DNA from: a virus
Strand: one strand, 5' to 3'
Virus record (IMG/VR): IMGVR_UViG_3300044701_002547
Span: 41,676-105,675 of that record
DNA: 64,000 nucleotides
Made by a program: the position numbers and the translations under genes. Each line of letters begins with the position of its first letter. The first letter of the stretch is position 1. The notes beneath the pieces are model-generated. The model saw nothing but the letters and a program-made list of their open reading frames with translations, did not search any database and was not told the DNA's origin. Shown here one piece after another: positions 39,091-52,369 of this stretch.

Positions 39091-39703
39091 TGTTTATGAT
39101 GAATTTTTTTCTGAGGAAGATCACCAGTTTATATTCAACTATTGTGAAAATGCCTCATATTTCTATGGAGAAAAGGATAAGGAATATGATGGCCCATACT
39201 ATGAAAATTATGAAAAAGATCTTGCGAAATATTGTACTGGATTAGTTCATGAAGTTTATTTTTATAGGGATGAACTAAATGAACTTCCTTCATATGAAGA
39301 AGTGTATTTGCCTGGTGGTGGATGTAATAAATTCATAAATCAAAGAAAATTCTTTGATTTATTTACTTTGGCGATAGAAAATAGATTTCCAATCTATAAA
39401 CAAAAAGATGTCACTCGTGTGTACATTAATTGTTTTGCCCCCTTAGAGAACCCATATTTTCATACTGATGGTGATATAGGTACAACATTTTTATATTATC
39501 CAAACAAAAGATGGGAATTGGATGAGGGGGGAGAAACTCAATTTTTTATTGATAATAGCATTTATGGAGTACCACCTATTCCAAACCGCCTAATTTATTT
39601 TGACGCTAATTTACTTCATAGGGCAACTTCTTTTCGTAGCTCTCATAGATTTTCAATTGCCGTCAAGTATCAAATGCATGAAAGTCCCAATTGGAAAGAT
39701 TGA
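39080..39703 (+). CDS. 2OG-Fe(II) oxygenase (prolyl hydroxylase-like)
   Basis: FHTD, GGETQF, PNRLIYFD...HRA...RFSIAVK. Confidence 0.8.
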   Translation: MTINVYDEFFSEEDHQFIFNYCENASYFYGEKDKEYDGPYYENYEKDLAKYCTGLVHEVYFYRDELNELPSYEEVYLPGGGCNKFINQRKFFDLFTLAIENRFPIYKQKDVTRVYINCFAPLENPYFHTDGDIGTTFLYYPNKRWELDEGGETQFFIDNSIYGVPPIPNRLIYFDANLLHRATSFRSSHRFSIAVKYQMHESPNWKD

Positions 39704-39787
39704 CCAAGACACTTTTTAAACTGGCACATAGGAGATTTACAGAACCCAAATATTTTACTATAATACTAAGGTAATCCACAGAAATCC

Positions 39788-39934
39788 ATGAAGTACAACG
39801 TCATCTTCGTCGCTGGTAATCATCGTCTGACTGAAGAAGTTTATGCTAACAATCCTCGTGAGGCACAGGATGTCGTCAAGGCACGAAATCCTAATGCTCG
39901 TATCGTGAATGTGACTGCTGGCAACAGTCGGTAA
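39788..39934 (+). CDS. Small protein, paralog 1 (ARNP motif)
   Basis: MKYNVIFVAG...ARNPNARIVNVTA; first gene of a cassette. Confidence 0.65.
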   Translation: MKYNVIFVAGNHRLTEEVYANNPREAQDVVKARNPNARIVNVTAGNSR

Positions 39935-39945
39935 GAGATTTTCAA

Positions 39946-40089
39946 ATGCGTTGTAAAGTTCAACTCTATGTTGCGGGTAAAGTCTTTGACGAAATCGTTG
40001 AAGCAAAAGATTATCAGGACGCAAAACAAACTGCTCTTGCCCGCAATCCAACAGCAAAAGTAATTAGTGTAACTGCAATTTTCGGATGA
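39946..40089 (+). CDS. Small protein, paralog 2 (ARNP motif)
   Basis: MRCKVQLYVAG...ARNPTAKVISVTA. Confidence 0.65.
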   Translation: MRCKVQLYVAGKVFDEIVEAKDYQDAKQTALARNPTAKVISVTAIFG

Positions 40090-41114
40090 ATATTCAAAAC
40101 GAAAGTCTCTTGAATCCTAAACCAGGAGACCCAAACGGTTATGTGACCAAAGATTTAAAGTGGGCAGCAGTTCCTTGGGGAACTCAGTTTATCGTGATTT
40201 GTAATGGGCAGCAGGTTCATACTGCTAAGACACTCACACTTGCTAAAGAGTACATTAAAAAGAAGGTTCAACAAACTCCAAGAAAAAGAAAGACCACTTC
40301 AAGTCTTGAGTCATATTTAACGGATTCTAAACCTGATTAAATACTAATAGCATAAAAAAAATATGACAGAAGAAACTCAAATTGATAAGTGGAATCGCGG
40401 TCTTACACTCTTTGAAGAAAGTGTATTGAAACCAGATCACGAACTTCGTAATTGCGCTCATAATCAAAAGTGCTATCACGAACTGATGTATATTCGTGAG
40501 AATGTGCTTCAATACCTTAAAACACTGAGAAAATGACTTCCACTTATGTTTATCTGCTAATCTTTGTTTGTATAACGTACTTGATTGCAACGGACGAAAG
40601 TATTGCAAAGGCAGTTTATTTGAGTTCTCAACTTGCAAAATTTCAGTTTGAGAAGTTTAAGTGGTGGATTCGCTACTCTCCAGATAATCCTATTGTTCGT
40701 TATTTAATGTGGAGACGAGCATATAAACTTGCAAAAGAATTGAGAGACGAGTTAGAATCAAATGCTAAATAACCCAATATGGAGACTACATATGCTCTCT
40801 ACTCAATACCGATTAAGACTTGAAGAAATCTGTAGTCGTATTGCCAAGCACGAAGCAGTCGGTCTGGAAGATATGATCTGGGCGGAAAAACTTGCAAAAG
40901 CAAATCAAACTGCAGCAAAGTTTCTTCGTCAGGCAAGAAGAAAAGCAGAAAATCCTGATATGCAAGAAGGAGATTTAGATGATTTCCTAAACCAACTTGA
41001 TATTGGTGGATTGGGGCACGAAAGATTTGGTAAAACTGGATTTGATAGTGTTGATGAGATTGTAGATTGGTTCAGCAGAGATGATGAGGATGGAGACTGG
41101 AGGAGAAGAGACTG

Positions 41115-41351
41115 ATGCAAGCAGTATTGTATTCTAAAGAAAAATGTCTGGAATGTGATAGAGCAAGATCACTTCTGGAAAGTTTAAATATTTCTCATTT
41201 AGAGTATAAACTTGGAAGAGATTATAATGAGAAACAATTCTATGCTGAGTTTGGAGACCACGCAGAGTTTCCTCAGGTAGCGATTGACTATAAGCATATT
41301 GGAAGTCTTAAGGAGACGCTTCAGTATCTTAAAGAAAAGCAACTTATATGA
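41115..41351 (+). CDS. Second glutaredoxin-like protein
   Basis: CLEC and FPQV; similar to 4030-4266. Confidence 0.8.
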   Translation: MQAVLYSKEKCLECDRARSLLESLNISHLEYKLGRDYNEKQFYAEFGDHAEFPQVAIDYKHIGSLKETLQYLKEKQLI

Positions 41352-44300
41352 CTTGACGAATAGCAAAAAGCACTCTATAATATCCGCATATACATTTTGA
41401 TTATGGAATACAAACCCTATAGTGTGGAATGGAATCGGCGGAGGTATCTTGCCGAAGCAATTCAACAATACTTTGATACTGATGCTTCTGTAGATATTGT
41501 CCTAGACGATATTGTGAGTGTTCTTGAAGAGAATGTAGAATATCATAAGAGTCGTGCAGAAAGATTTCAAGAAGTATTGGATGGTTTGAAATCTCTTCCA
41601 TACTAATAAGATGTGTTAAGAATTCCACACAGAACTCCTACATAATGCTAGAATAATGAGGTCATAAAAATGAGCGAAAATTCTTTGTTATGATATTCTT
41701 TGTGCGTGGAGGTATTATGCACAATTTAATTTCTTACAATCAACTTGCTTCTTGGAACCACTTAGATCAAACAATAGATAAATTCATTGAGGAAACTGAA
41801 ATTATTAACGATTACTATCAGTGTTTAATTGAGTGTAGTGATAATCAAGCAGAGTGTAAACGAATTTGTAAAGCAATATTGTCCTCCTAGACCAGTTTAG
41901 AAACCGTCCATCGACCCTTGACTTTCCCAGTCAGGGGTCTTATAGTATGTTCATTGATCCCGCAAAACCTGCATTATGTATTCCGCAAAAGTTACATTGA
42001 AGTATGATTCCGTTTGGGAACATAAAGGTGGCATCTACGATGATGAGATTCTTCCAGAGGAACACTATACTTTTCAGGTTCCTGCCGAAGACCTCAATGC
42101 CATTCAACTCTTTCAACTCTTTGAGAAGTTCTGTTATGCTATGGGACATAATGCTGATGGTATTGCCAAGGGTGCCGCATATGTCGCATTCAACGAAATG
42201 CGTACTGTAGAAGCGATGCGTAAGACTGCCGAAGAGTATGACCTGATTCTGGCAGAGGATTATCACAAAAAACTTGTAGAGTATGATGCTCAACAGGATA
42301 AAGATATTAAAGAACTGGAAGCAGAAGTTCGTGACCTTAAGGCAAAACTCTCCCGTCTTGAGAATCTTGATAATCCTCAATATACTGATGAGGAAATGGA
42401 TGCGATGAGTGCTGAATATATTGCCTGGAATAGTCTTATTCCTGGTAGTTATGCTGCTGTTGAAAATGGATGTAAGTGTCCTGTGATGGATAATGAAGAA
42501 ATGCCAGACGATAAAAAATGGGTAAATGGTGATTGTCCTCTTCACGGTAAAGTAAAATGAAACCAAACACATATGTAATTCTTGAGCGAGCAGTAGAAGA
42601 AGGAGCACTTCTCGGATATCGCCGTGCTTTCAAACACGTTGAAAATCCATCCGAGGGTGCTATAGTAGATGCGATCACAGAGGCAGTAATGCTCTCAGTG
42701 AGTGAAGTGTTTATGTTCTCTGATGTTTCTACTGGAGATAGTTATCAATGAATGATATACATTATGGTTGGGTTGTGAATACTCATTATGACTGGATGAA
42801 TATGCTCGTCAAAATGAAAGAAAAGAAACCACATCGTTTTGAGGAGTTTCAGTATTCCAACGGCACTATTTACCACTACATAGATAGAATTCAACAAGAA
42901 CAGAACTTATATGACTGAGAGAGCATCGGAATTTATGAAATGTATCTGGGATGCCCGACAGATGGGAGCAGATACTGAAGAGAAACTTGTTGCATTTATT
43001 CTACGTTTAGCATCAGGACAAATCAAAAATTATACAGCACAAAATGATTTGATTGTGTTGGACCAAAAAGATATGATTGAACTTGCAAACGAAATTGAGA
43101 GCCTAAAATGAAACTCATTACATTCAAACATCGTGAAGATTTTGGGAACGAATACTATGTTCAGATTCTTCACAATAAACGCTGGGCACTTCTTCAAGCA
43201 TCTGTAAGTTGGAATGATTATCCATCTTGGCCTTATATTCAAATCAAATCAGGAACTGGTAGTACCTTGAGTATTCTGTTCTGGGCATATAAGTTTGGAT
43301 TTGATATTGGAGTGATTGAACGCACTTGGAATTGGAACCGTGATGAAGAAGATGAAACCACTACCTGATAAACTACAACTTGATATTATGTGGGCAGTCG
43401 CCACAAGTACCAGTATTGAAACTGGCATAAGACCCCACTACGGGTTCGCAAAGATGCTGTATGATGAACTCAACGACATTCAACCACCAGTAGGACTTGG
43501 AAATGAGAAAGGTCACAGTCAAACCTAAAAGCAGCAAGGCAAAGAACCGCCTTTTCAACATTATGGAAAACAATCCTGTCTGTACTGTGGAACAGGAATG
43601 TGATGGTGATTTGTTCCTTGTTTCTGAAAATCGTAAGTACAGTTTCTGGGTCAGTATTCGTACTGGAAGTAATCGTTTCGGTGACAAAACCTGTAAAGAT
43701 TGGGAGATTATTGAGGAGGCAAACTAATGAGATTTCGTAACATAGAGTTCCGTTGGAGCACCTGTAACAAAAAGTATGAACTTATCCGTTGGTATAAGGC
43801 AGAAGTAGATGGTTGTGAGGAGAGAGAGTATTGTTATGTCGTTGCTTTCTTTGATAAAGAAAAAGAATATTACTCTATGAGAACCATAAGTGATAGATTC
43901 TTTGAGGATAAAGATGCCTTTGTAGTAGGTAAGTATGGTCTGGAGTTTCTAAATGCAATCTTTGAGATTGAAAGAATTGAAGAGGAACTGAAATAGGACA
44001 CTTGAGAAACCGTCACAAGGGCACTTGAAAACAGTTGCTTTTTCTGTTATGATACTTTTATAGATAAAAAACAAATGACGATTTTTAGATACAAAAAAGA
44101 CCAAAACCTTTATCTTCTTTACGAACAGATGAGACCCTGTTATAATCTTGTAGCAGTTCCTTATTTTCCAAATCAAGGAGTTCTTGCTAAAAGTAAGAGG
44201 AATATTTCTATGGAAGATTTTATTGTGGTTGCTGAACGATGACTGACGAAGAATGGGAAACCGCACTCAAAAGTATGAATGAGGGTGTGAAAAAGTGGGT

Positions 44301-47300
44301 GGATGAAGAAATTGATAAAATCAAGTATAATATCATCAAAGACATTATTAATGAGGAAGTGAAATGACCTATAAGTGCCCAAGATGTATTGAAAGAGGAC
44401 AAACTTGGAGTGGTGATGCTCCCAAGTGTGGTTTTGACGAGGACGGAAACTTCCTTGAAAACAACTGGAACTGTGCTACACTAAATGCTCTTCGTGAGAT
44501 GGGAGAGGAAGGTAGAGTGTGGTGTGACGAACAGAATGTGACGATTATAAAAAGAGATGATGTTGGGCACGGTATTCTGTCTTGGTATAAAAGTCGTGGA
44601 GCAACTGATGACTTTCGTAATGGATGGTTTGAGAAAGGAACACTTAAGTATGCCCAAGAACTTCTTGGTGATATTGAACCTGATTTAGGAGATTGGTGAT
44701 GACTAAAGAAATTGAACTGCTAAAACAAGAAATCAAAATGCTTCAAAGTAAGTTGGAGTTTTTGGAAGAGATTGAAACACATAAATCTCAACCAAGAATG
44801 ACCCTTGAAAATACTGTTGAGGGTGAGATTGTCTCTTATAATGATGAGATTTATTATCGTCTGGAATATCCAACTGCTGTTATTTGGTATAAGAGAAAAG
44901 GAAATATTGCTGTTAATGCTAGTGGTGTGAAGTTGGTATGTGTTACTGACTTGGAAACTCATCGTCTTCTTGAAGGACTTTGGTTTAATGAGGTAAAACA
45001 CGGAAAGTATCCTGATGAAGTAGAATGTCCTGATGAACCAGAGTATTATGATGAAGTAGAATGGGATGAGAAAGATAATCCAAAACCTATGGATGATGTT
45101 GTGAATAGATTGGTGAAAAAATACCAAGCACAAAAACTCTGGAATAGGGTAAGAGATGAACTTGGATATTCTATTGATTTGTGTGATGAGATTGTGGATT
45201 TGGTGGAGGACTGGTTGCCGAAAGAACAATCTGCTGCTGGGTCACAAAATGTAGATACTGAATTACTTGTAGATGGTTTCAATCACGCAATACAAAAAAT
45301 GAAGGAGATGCTACGATGACTAAACAATATCCAATACAAGACTGGGAGTTTGTTGAAGACATAGAAAATGCCTTCAATGAATGGTTTTATGGAAATCATA
45401 CTGAATGGACTTGGACTGTTGAATGGTTTGCGGGAGACTGTTCTATTGAAGACCCAAAGACCCGTGAAGACCTGATGAGAAAATGGGTGTATGCTGCGTT
45501 TTATGAGGGTTTTATGCGAGGAAAGTATGCTAAAATAGAAGACCAAGTAGGATTGACGAACAATGACTGAGAGAACCGACGACTGGCGCACAATCTTTGG
45601 AGACCTCACAGATGCTGGAGTTTATGAGATGTGTGAAATCAACGCATATAAATTAGCATCACACCTTGAGGAACTCTACCTGAAAATTGCCGAACTGGAG
45701 GCAAAGGTAAATGAGAATTGAAATTACTTATACACCACATCCAACAAAAGGATACACGGCAACAATCTGGGATGGTCCTGATGGAATTGATGAAGACAGT
45801 TTCGTTTGTCGTAGTCTTGGAGAATGTTTTGAGCAGATTGTAATGTGGAGAACACTTAACGCACAACAATACAAAGATGACTGAAGAATACGGGCACATT
45901 CCAGATGGGTTTATACTCAATCCAGAAGAAATCCAAGAACTCCGCAAACAAAAACACGAACTGACTGAATACGGCAAAGAGAAACTGAGGAAACTTATGA
46001 ACCACGAAGAAATGCTTGAAGAGGCAGCACGAAGAGAGAGAAGTAATCGTGTGCTTCAACGATATAATGACTTCTACAATCTGGAATGTGCTGGACTACC
46101 TCACGGAACACCAATCACCCCAGAACAACAACAAGCAATCACATTAGATTGTATGATTGCTGCTCTGCGGTGTGAGAACCTCAACCGTGAATATAATGAG
46201 ATTGCGATTGCTGATATTGAGGACTTGATTGAAGGACTTTATCAACAAGGTAAAGATTATCTCCAAAGAGTAAAAGAATTCAAAGATAGTGCGGAGGGTG
46301 TAGCATAATGTTATCACCCGCAGATAGAATTGTAGAAGCAACTTTAGCATATACTCTCCGTCCAAAAGGAAATGATAGGGAGAAAGTAATTGCTGCTGCT
46401 CTGGAGTTTGTAATTCACGAGTACCAAGATTATCGTGAGTTTGGATGTGGTGAGAGGGTTATTTCCTGTGCTGATTTATGGGAACTAATTGATGAACTGA
46501 GGGACACGGAGACACTTGAAGAACTGGCACAAGACCCCTCCACAGGGGCACCAGATGCCTTATAATACATAAGAACACACAGAACTCCAATGACTTTTCA
46601 ACCTTACAATGTAGTTCCTGGAACTCAAATTGTTCATAGTACCACTGATGTTTATGAACTCACCGATGAGGCAGAAGGAATGATTTATCGGGTAGAACTC
46701 CAAGCAGATAATGTAGGAGTTTATATCAAATCTGGGGAGCGAGGAATTGAAGAAGGTTCTAAAAACATCAGCGAAGATATGTCTATCGCAAACAAAGAAC
46801 TTGCGATTGTTGTTGCTCGTCGTATTCTTGAACTTTATCAGGCAAACTGAAATGAACCTCACAACCCGACAACTGAATATTCTTTCCATTTCTCTTACTA
46901 TGTTTTATGATGAGGTTGCGAAAGACGGAAGTAGTGCTAAAATGAAACAGGACATTAAGGAACTTCACAAACTGGTGAATGATGAGTTTGCTAAATCTTT
47001 TGCTAATTCACAATGAACGAACTACAAAATGTTGATGAACTCTTCTTGGATAATGTGAGCGTTCATTATGAAGTAATGGGAGATGATGCCGTTTGGTTCT
47101 CATTTACACATCCAAACGGTCAAATAGATCATTTCAACATCGTTCGCAAAGGTAAGAAACTTTCAACACTTTATAGTTGTAATACTGGAAATGTGAATGG
47201 TATGAATGTAGAAGAACCTACGATTGTTCCAGAGCATCGTTATTGAGGACACCTGATGACCTACGACCAACTCTATGATTATGTGGTGAAGTATGTTGCT

Positions 47301-47691
47301 TCTCCTCATACTACCATCACAGAACACGACCATCGCCGCACTTGTCTAATTCTTAGTGCATTTATGGAGTTTATCCTTGACTGTCAAGAGGAAGGTGTGG
47401 ATGCGAATACTATTGACATCACTGACTTTATACACAAAAAACTTGATGTGATTGAAGGAAAATGAGATTACCAAAATGGGTTATATCAATTCTGAATGGA
47501 TTTGATAGCATCTATATTGCCATTATGTTCCGTTTGGATTATAATGACAACATAGACCGTTGTGCCTTCTTTGAGGAACTCAATTATGGTTGGTGTCAGA
47601 TGCAAGATGAATACTCAATGTCTCAACCAAACTTTGACCCATATAATCTGTCGGGTAGAGACCCTTATTATTCTTATGTGATGAGTAAGAA

Positions 47692-48039
47692 ATGAACCTA
47701 CCAACATTCATAAACAAGTGGATAATCGGATTTAAACCGATTAAGTACTCAAGTTTCTGGTGGTGGTATCGTTTGATGTCTCACGAAGGATTTCGGTTTG
47801 ATGATTATCATATCTGGGGAGAGTTTTGGCACTCTCTGAATGGTGGATGGTTGGATATGAACTATCAATGGGAGTTTGAAAAGTTCTGGGGTAAAGGTGC
47901 CAAACCTGAAAGAATTGTATTACCTGCAAAGGACTTTGATGCACTTGTAGAACGCTTGAATGAACCGCCAGATCCTGCTATAATGGAAAGGTTCAGAGAA
48001 ATACTAAACAAAAAAGCACCTTGGGATGTAGAAGAATGA
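47692..48039 (+). CDS. Hypothetical protein with DUF1778/TacA-like C-terminal segment
   Basis: RIVLPAKDFDALVERLNEPPDP...APW. Confidence 0.45.
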   Translation: MNLPTFINKWIIGFKPIKYSSFWWWYRLMSHEGFRFDDYHIWGEFWHSLNGGWLDMNYQWEFEKFWGKGAKPERIVLPAKDFDALVERLNEPPDPAIMERFREILNKKAPWDVEE

Positions 48040-50622
48040 AACAAACAATCAAAAACTTATGGGAAAGATTTGTAATTCATAAGTATGTCTTTGCTGGACT
48101 TCAATGGGGAAATAATACTTCTTTTGGGTATAATGAAAATTGGAAAAGAATGGAGTATTGGGAAACCAAATATAAAGAACTTGGATATGTTCCTGTAAGT
48201 TATGATGTTTGGGTTTCTTGTAGTCAATATCAATCAAAATTGAGGATGAAAAATGAGCAAAATTGATTATTACCGTACTGTACTGTCTGGTATTGTGATT
48301 GGTGTGGTGTTGATTAGTGGATTTTATATCTTCACGACAGAAGATAAACCACCAACACCAGAATCAAACTTCACGGTGGTTGATAAGTATAAAGGATGTG
48401 ATGTGATACGCTGGAATCATAATCAATTTGCCGAATACAAATACTTTTTATACTGTGATAAAAAATGACCGAAGAACAAAAAGCACTATTGGAAATGGTC
48501 GCAGAAGAACTTGGTGGTAAGTTAGAATATTGGGTTTGTGCCGACAAGTTTAATAGTTCTCGAAAAATTATAATTGAATATGATTTCCAAAGAAAAGGCA
48601 CAAATCTATCATAATATATGGTCTTGTGCATATCGAAGAAGGTACAACGCAAAAATGAAATGTGATTGGAACTCATATGATAGAGAACAAGAAACTATCC
48701 TAATGTGTTTGAACATGAAGAATGCCAAGTGGTGGAAATTTGAGAGTGAGAAATGACTGAGACCTTTACACAAACGTCAAATATGCCCTATAATAGGCAT
48801 AGATACAAATTAGTCTATGAGAACCAAAAATCTATAATCTTTGAAGATTATGAAGACGTACAACTTGCGTGGTTTCAAACTGCTTCACAATTTCTAAGTC
48901 ACATTGAAGTTTTAGACAAACCAACAAAATCAAAAGGATTTAAGTAATGCTTAGCAGACCTCTTTTAGGAACCGATAAAAAGAAAACCAAATTAAGTTGG
49001 TTGGAGTATATCTGGTTTTCTTGTATCATTCAAGGATGGTATAATTGCTGGTATGCTTTTAAGAATTGGGGCGACTTGATGGGCAATAACTATCAAGAAT
49101 ATGCACTTCTTATATCTGACGACCCATTAGAGCAATGTGCTATTTATTTTTGGGATAGTTTGGAAGACGACATTTATCCTAAAGAGTTTCTTGAAAGTCT
49201 GATGCAAATGGCAGATGATGTGGAAACTGGTAAAGTTAAGACATATCCAATGGACGAAGTTATGGATAGAGTGAAAAACCTTGTGGGTGATATGATTGAT
49301 GATGTAAATTTGAATGAGGAATTAAATGAAGATGACGACTGTTGAAGAGTTCCCTTACGACCAATTCCCCTGGAAGTTGGTTTATAAGGATGGGAAAGAA
49401 GTACGGAAGTGTTATTTTGAGTGTGAATCACACCGCAAAAAACACATTGAACGTTATGGATTAAAAAAGAAAGATATTAAACTCAGCTACAAATTTGAGG
49501 TAAAAGAATGACTGAAAGAACTTACAAAGATAAAAACAACAATGATTGGTATTGGGAGGAAACTCCAGAAACTATCGAGGCACTCAAACAACTCCATCAA
49601 ACTGTAAAGGAAGTAAATGAACGAAAGGAAACTAATTGACGACTGCTTTTTTATTGAACAAAAGAAATGGGGAACTTGGGACTCTTATGATAAAGAAGGA
49701 AAGTGTATTATCACATCTCTCACTGAAAACGAATGTATCAATGCTACCCGTTTTTATCTTAAAGGACGGCAGGAGGGTTTCACTGAATCCAGATCTTATG
49801 AAGGTGAAGTAGGTGGAAAACTCTGAGTTTCCTTATCATACTTTAGATCCTACTACTCCTTGGTATGAGTTTCTTCAGTATTGTGAAATCTGCCATCAGT
49901 TGAATGTTCCAAGACAACCATCTGTTGGTAGGTTTTATGCTTATCGTCGTTATTTAAAAGAAGTTGGAGTATTGTAATGACTAGTACTAATTGGTTTCAA
50001 AAAAAGTGGGGATATTCAGAAGTTCCTACTGATATTTTGTTCAGGAAAATAGAAGAACTTGAGCAAAAAATTGTAAAGTTGGAAGAAGAGAATATTGAAA
50101 CCACTAATACTCTCTATGAGATTATGAATTCGGTTGATGCTGTGGATGCTCGTATAGATATTCTTGCAGAGCACTGTAGGATTTCTGGAGATGTATGACG
50201 ATTTAGATACCTTTGAAAAAGCATTATCACACTTTGGAACAAGAGTAGATGTTATATGTGCTATGGAAATGGGAGGCAAAATAAATGCTGAAATTGCTTA
50301 TCAAAATATTAAGCTTGAACTCAAAGAACTCAAAAAAGCAAGAAAAAAATATAAAAAGGATCTGTAGTAAGTGTGGTGAGGAAAAACCACTTGACAAAGA
50401 ATACTATCAGGTTATAAAATCATTTAGAGAAGGATTTAGTTTTTATTGTAATGAGTGCAACAAACCAAAAGGAAGAGATTGATTCTCTTAGATTTACAAA
50501 GAACGAAGACGGTTCTTTTTCAGTGGAATGGGACCCACAAGACCCGAAATGGAGTTTCCTTAACAACTTGACTTCAAAGGAAATCCAGATTATAATGGCA
50601 CAAGCAATTCAAGAATTTACCA

Positions 50623-51153
50623 ATGGCATTTGATTACAAAGAATACTCTTTGAATAAATTGGAAGAATGGTTGCACGATTGCTTGAGTGCAGCAGAAGCA
50701 TCGCCACAGGAAATTTACGATAAAATCAAAGAAGTAGTCCGAGAAGAATACTATTACTACAAAAATGGTGCTTCTAGGACGAATGAACTTCTCCAACTTC
50801 TGAATGGAACCGTACAGTTTCATATTGATCCAGCAGGAAATCAAGTTCAATGTTCTGTTGAAGATACCTCAGAATATTGTAAAGGTGCCTGGAATAGTTT
50901 TTGGGAGAATGAAGAAGTAAAAGATGATGGTATGCGTCCTTGGGGACATAGTGATATGGAATATCTTATAGCAAATAACAAGGATAAAGTAGTCAAATGG
51001 CAACTTCCAGTAGAATTGGATGATACGAATGATGAGTATTTTGTATGTTTCCCAGATGACTTGTTAGAAGCAGCAAATCTTAAGAAAGGTGATGCGGTAG
51101 AGTGGGTGGATCGAGGAGATGGAAGTTATTTACTTAAAAAGGTGGAAAATTAA
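50623..51153 (+). CDS. Protein with C-terminal AbrB/MazE-like domain
   Basis: FVCFPDDLLEAANLKKGDAVEWVDRGDGSYLLKK. Confidence 0.6.
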   Translation: MAFDYKEYSLNKLEEWLHDCLSAAEASPQEIYDKIKEVVREEYYYYKNGASRTNELLQLLNGTVQFHIDPAGNQVQCSVEDTSEYCKGAWNSFWENEEVKDDGMRPWGHSDMEYLIANNKDKVVKWQLPVELDDTNDEYFVCFPDDLLEAANLKKGDAVEWVDRGDGSYLLKKVEN

Positions 51154-52077
51154 TTATGGCATTATCACAATCTGTTGAAGAATCACTGAAAGAAGCAGAG
51201 GCATCTTTGCGTAATGCACTGGCATATGCTGCACGTCAAGAACGTCCAATGGTGTGTAGTGTGATTGCGGATATTATCTCACGTATTGAATCATTACAAA
51301 CAACTGACAGTCTCCTAGATAAATTGGAAAACCGCAAACCAGGAGATGCTGGTTTCTTTGGAACAATGTTTGGAGAATAAACAATGACTGAAGAAAAACC
51401 AGTAGTAAGTTCAGAAGAATTACAAAAACCAAATAATCTTGGCAAGGCACTACAAGAATGGTGGGATTCTGACGCTTGCAAACAACTTCAGAAAGAAAAT
51501 GAAGAAGCAAAGCAACGAGCAGTAGGAAAGTATTTTATGCTTTCTGAATCTGACAAACTTGATATGGTTCAAGCAATCTGTTATATTATGTGCAAGGCAG
51601 AAAGTGAAGGAACTTCTCATAGGGGACTTCAGGATGCTTTAGGAATCTATCCTGCAGGATTCTGGGTGGATCATCTTATGGAGGTTCATAATTCCCTTTG
51701 GTCTTACTATCACGACCAAAAGAAAGAAAAAGAACTAAAAGATGATTTGGATGCTTTAGAAAAATTTACAGAAAACAAAAGAGATTATTAAGTTTCTACA
51801 TAATAGTAAAGGATTTGTGTTAGAATCCTAACATTCTAATTAATAGCGATGACACTTTCTAAAACAAGCACAGACTATCTTACTAGAGAAGAATGGAACG
51901 AACTGAATGCTTTAAGAGAGGCAATTAATTACGATCCAAGTCAGGTTTGTCCTCAAAAAATGGAAAAATTTACCGAACTGTTTGTAAGGTCACTATATGG
52001 TAAAGGTGACTCTGTATCCTCACAAACAGAACCAACAAATTATTAAAATAAATACTACAACTAATTTTATAAGTCCT

Positions 52078-52290
52078 ATGGACAATATCGACCAACATAT
52101 TGAAAAAGATAAGCAAGTTCTCGATGATCCCACTATCTCTCCGCAGACACGTCGGCACACTGCAGAAGAATTAGAAGCACTCAAGGCATATAAAGAACAT
52201 CATCCAGAAGATACACACGATCCAACACCTCTTGAACTGTACTGTGATTCACATCCTGATGCATTGGAATGTAGATTTTACGAAGACTGA
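52078..52290 (+). CDS. cp12: Calvin cycle inhibitor CP12
   Basis: C-terminal LELYCDSHPDALECRFYED signature; ATAAATA upstream. Confidence 0.88.
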   Translation: MDNIDQHIEKDKQVLDDPTISPQTRRHTAEELEALKAYKEHHPEDTHDPTPLELYCDSHPDALECRFYED

Positions 52291-52369
52291 GGACACTTTA
52301 ACAACTGGCACACAGGGGGTTCTCAGGGCACTGGGGACCCCTTATAATATGAATAATTCAATTCAAACC

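Larger units (their letters stand above)
40086..52046 (+). other. Dense co-oriented array of small hypothetical genes (hypervariable region)
   Basis: Dozens of 40-210 aa plus-strand ORFs, many coupled by ATGA/TAATG overlaps. Confidence 0.8.

Noticed and set aside
41717-41890. Second CP12
   Set aside because: Cys spacing differs and the C-terminal CP12 signature is missing; left as hypothetical.
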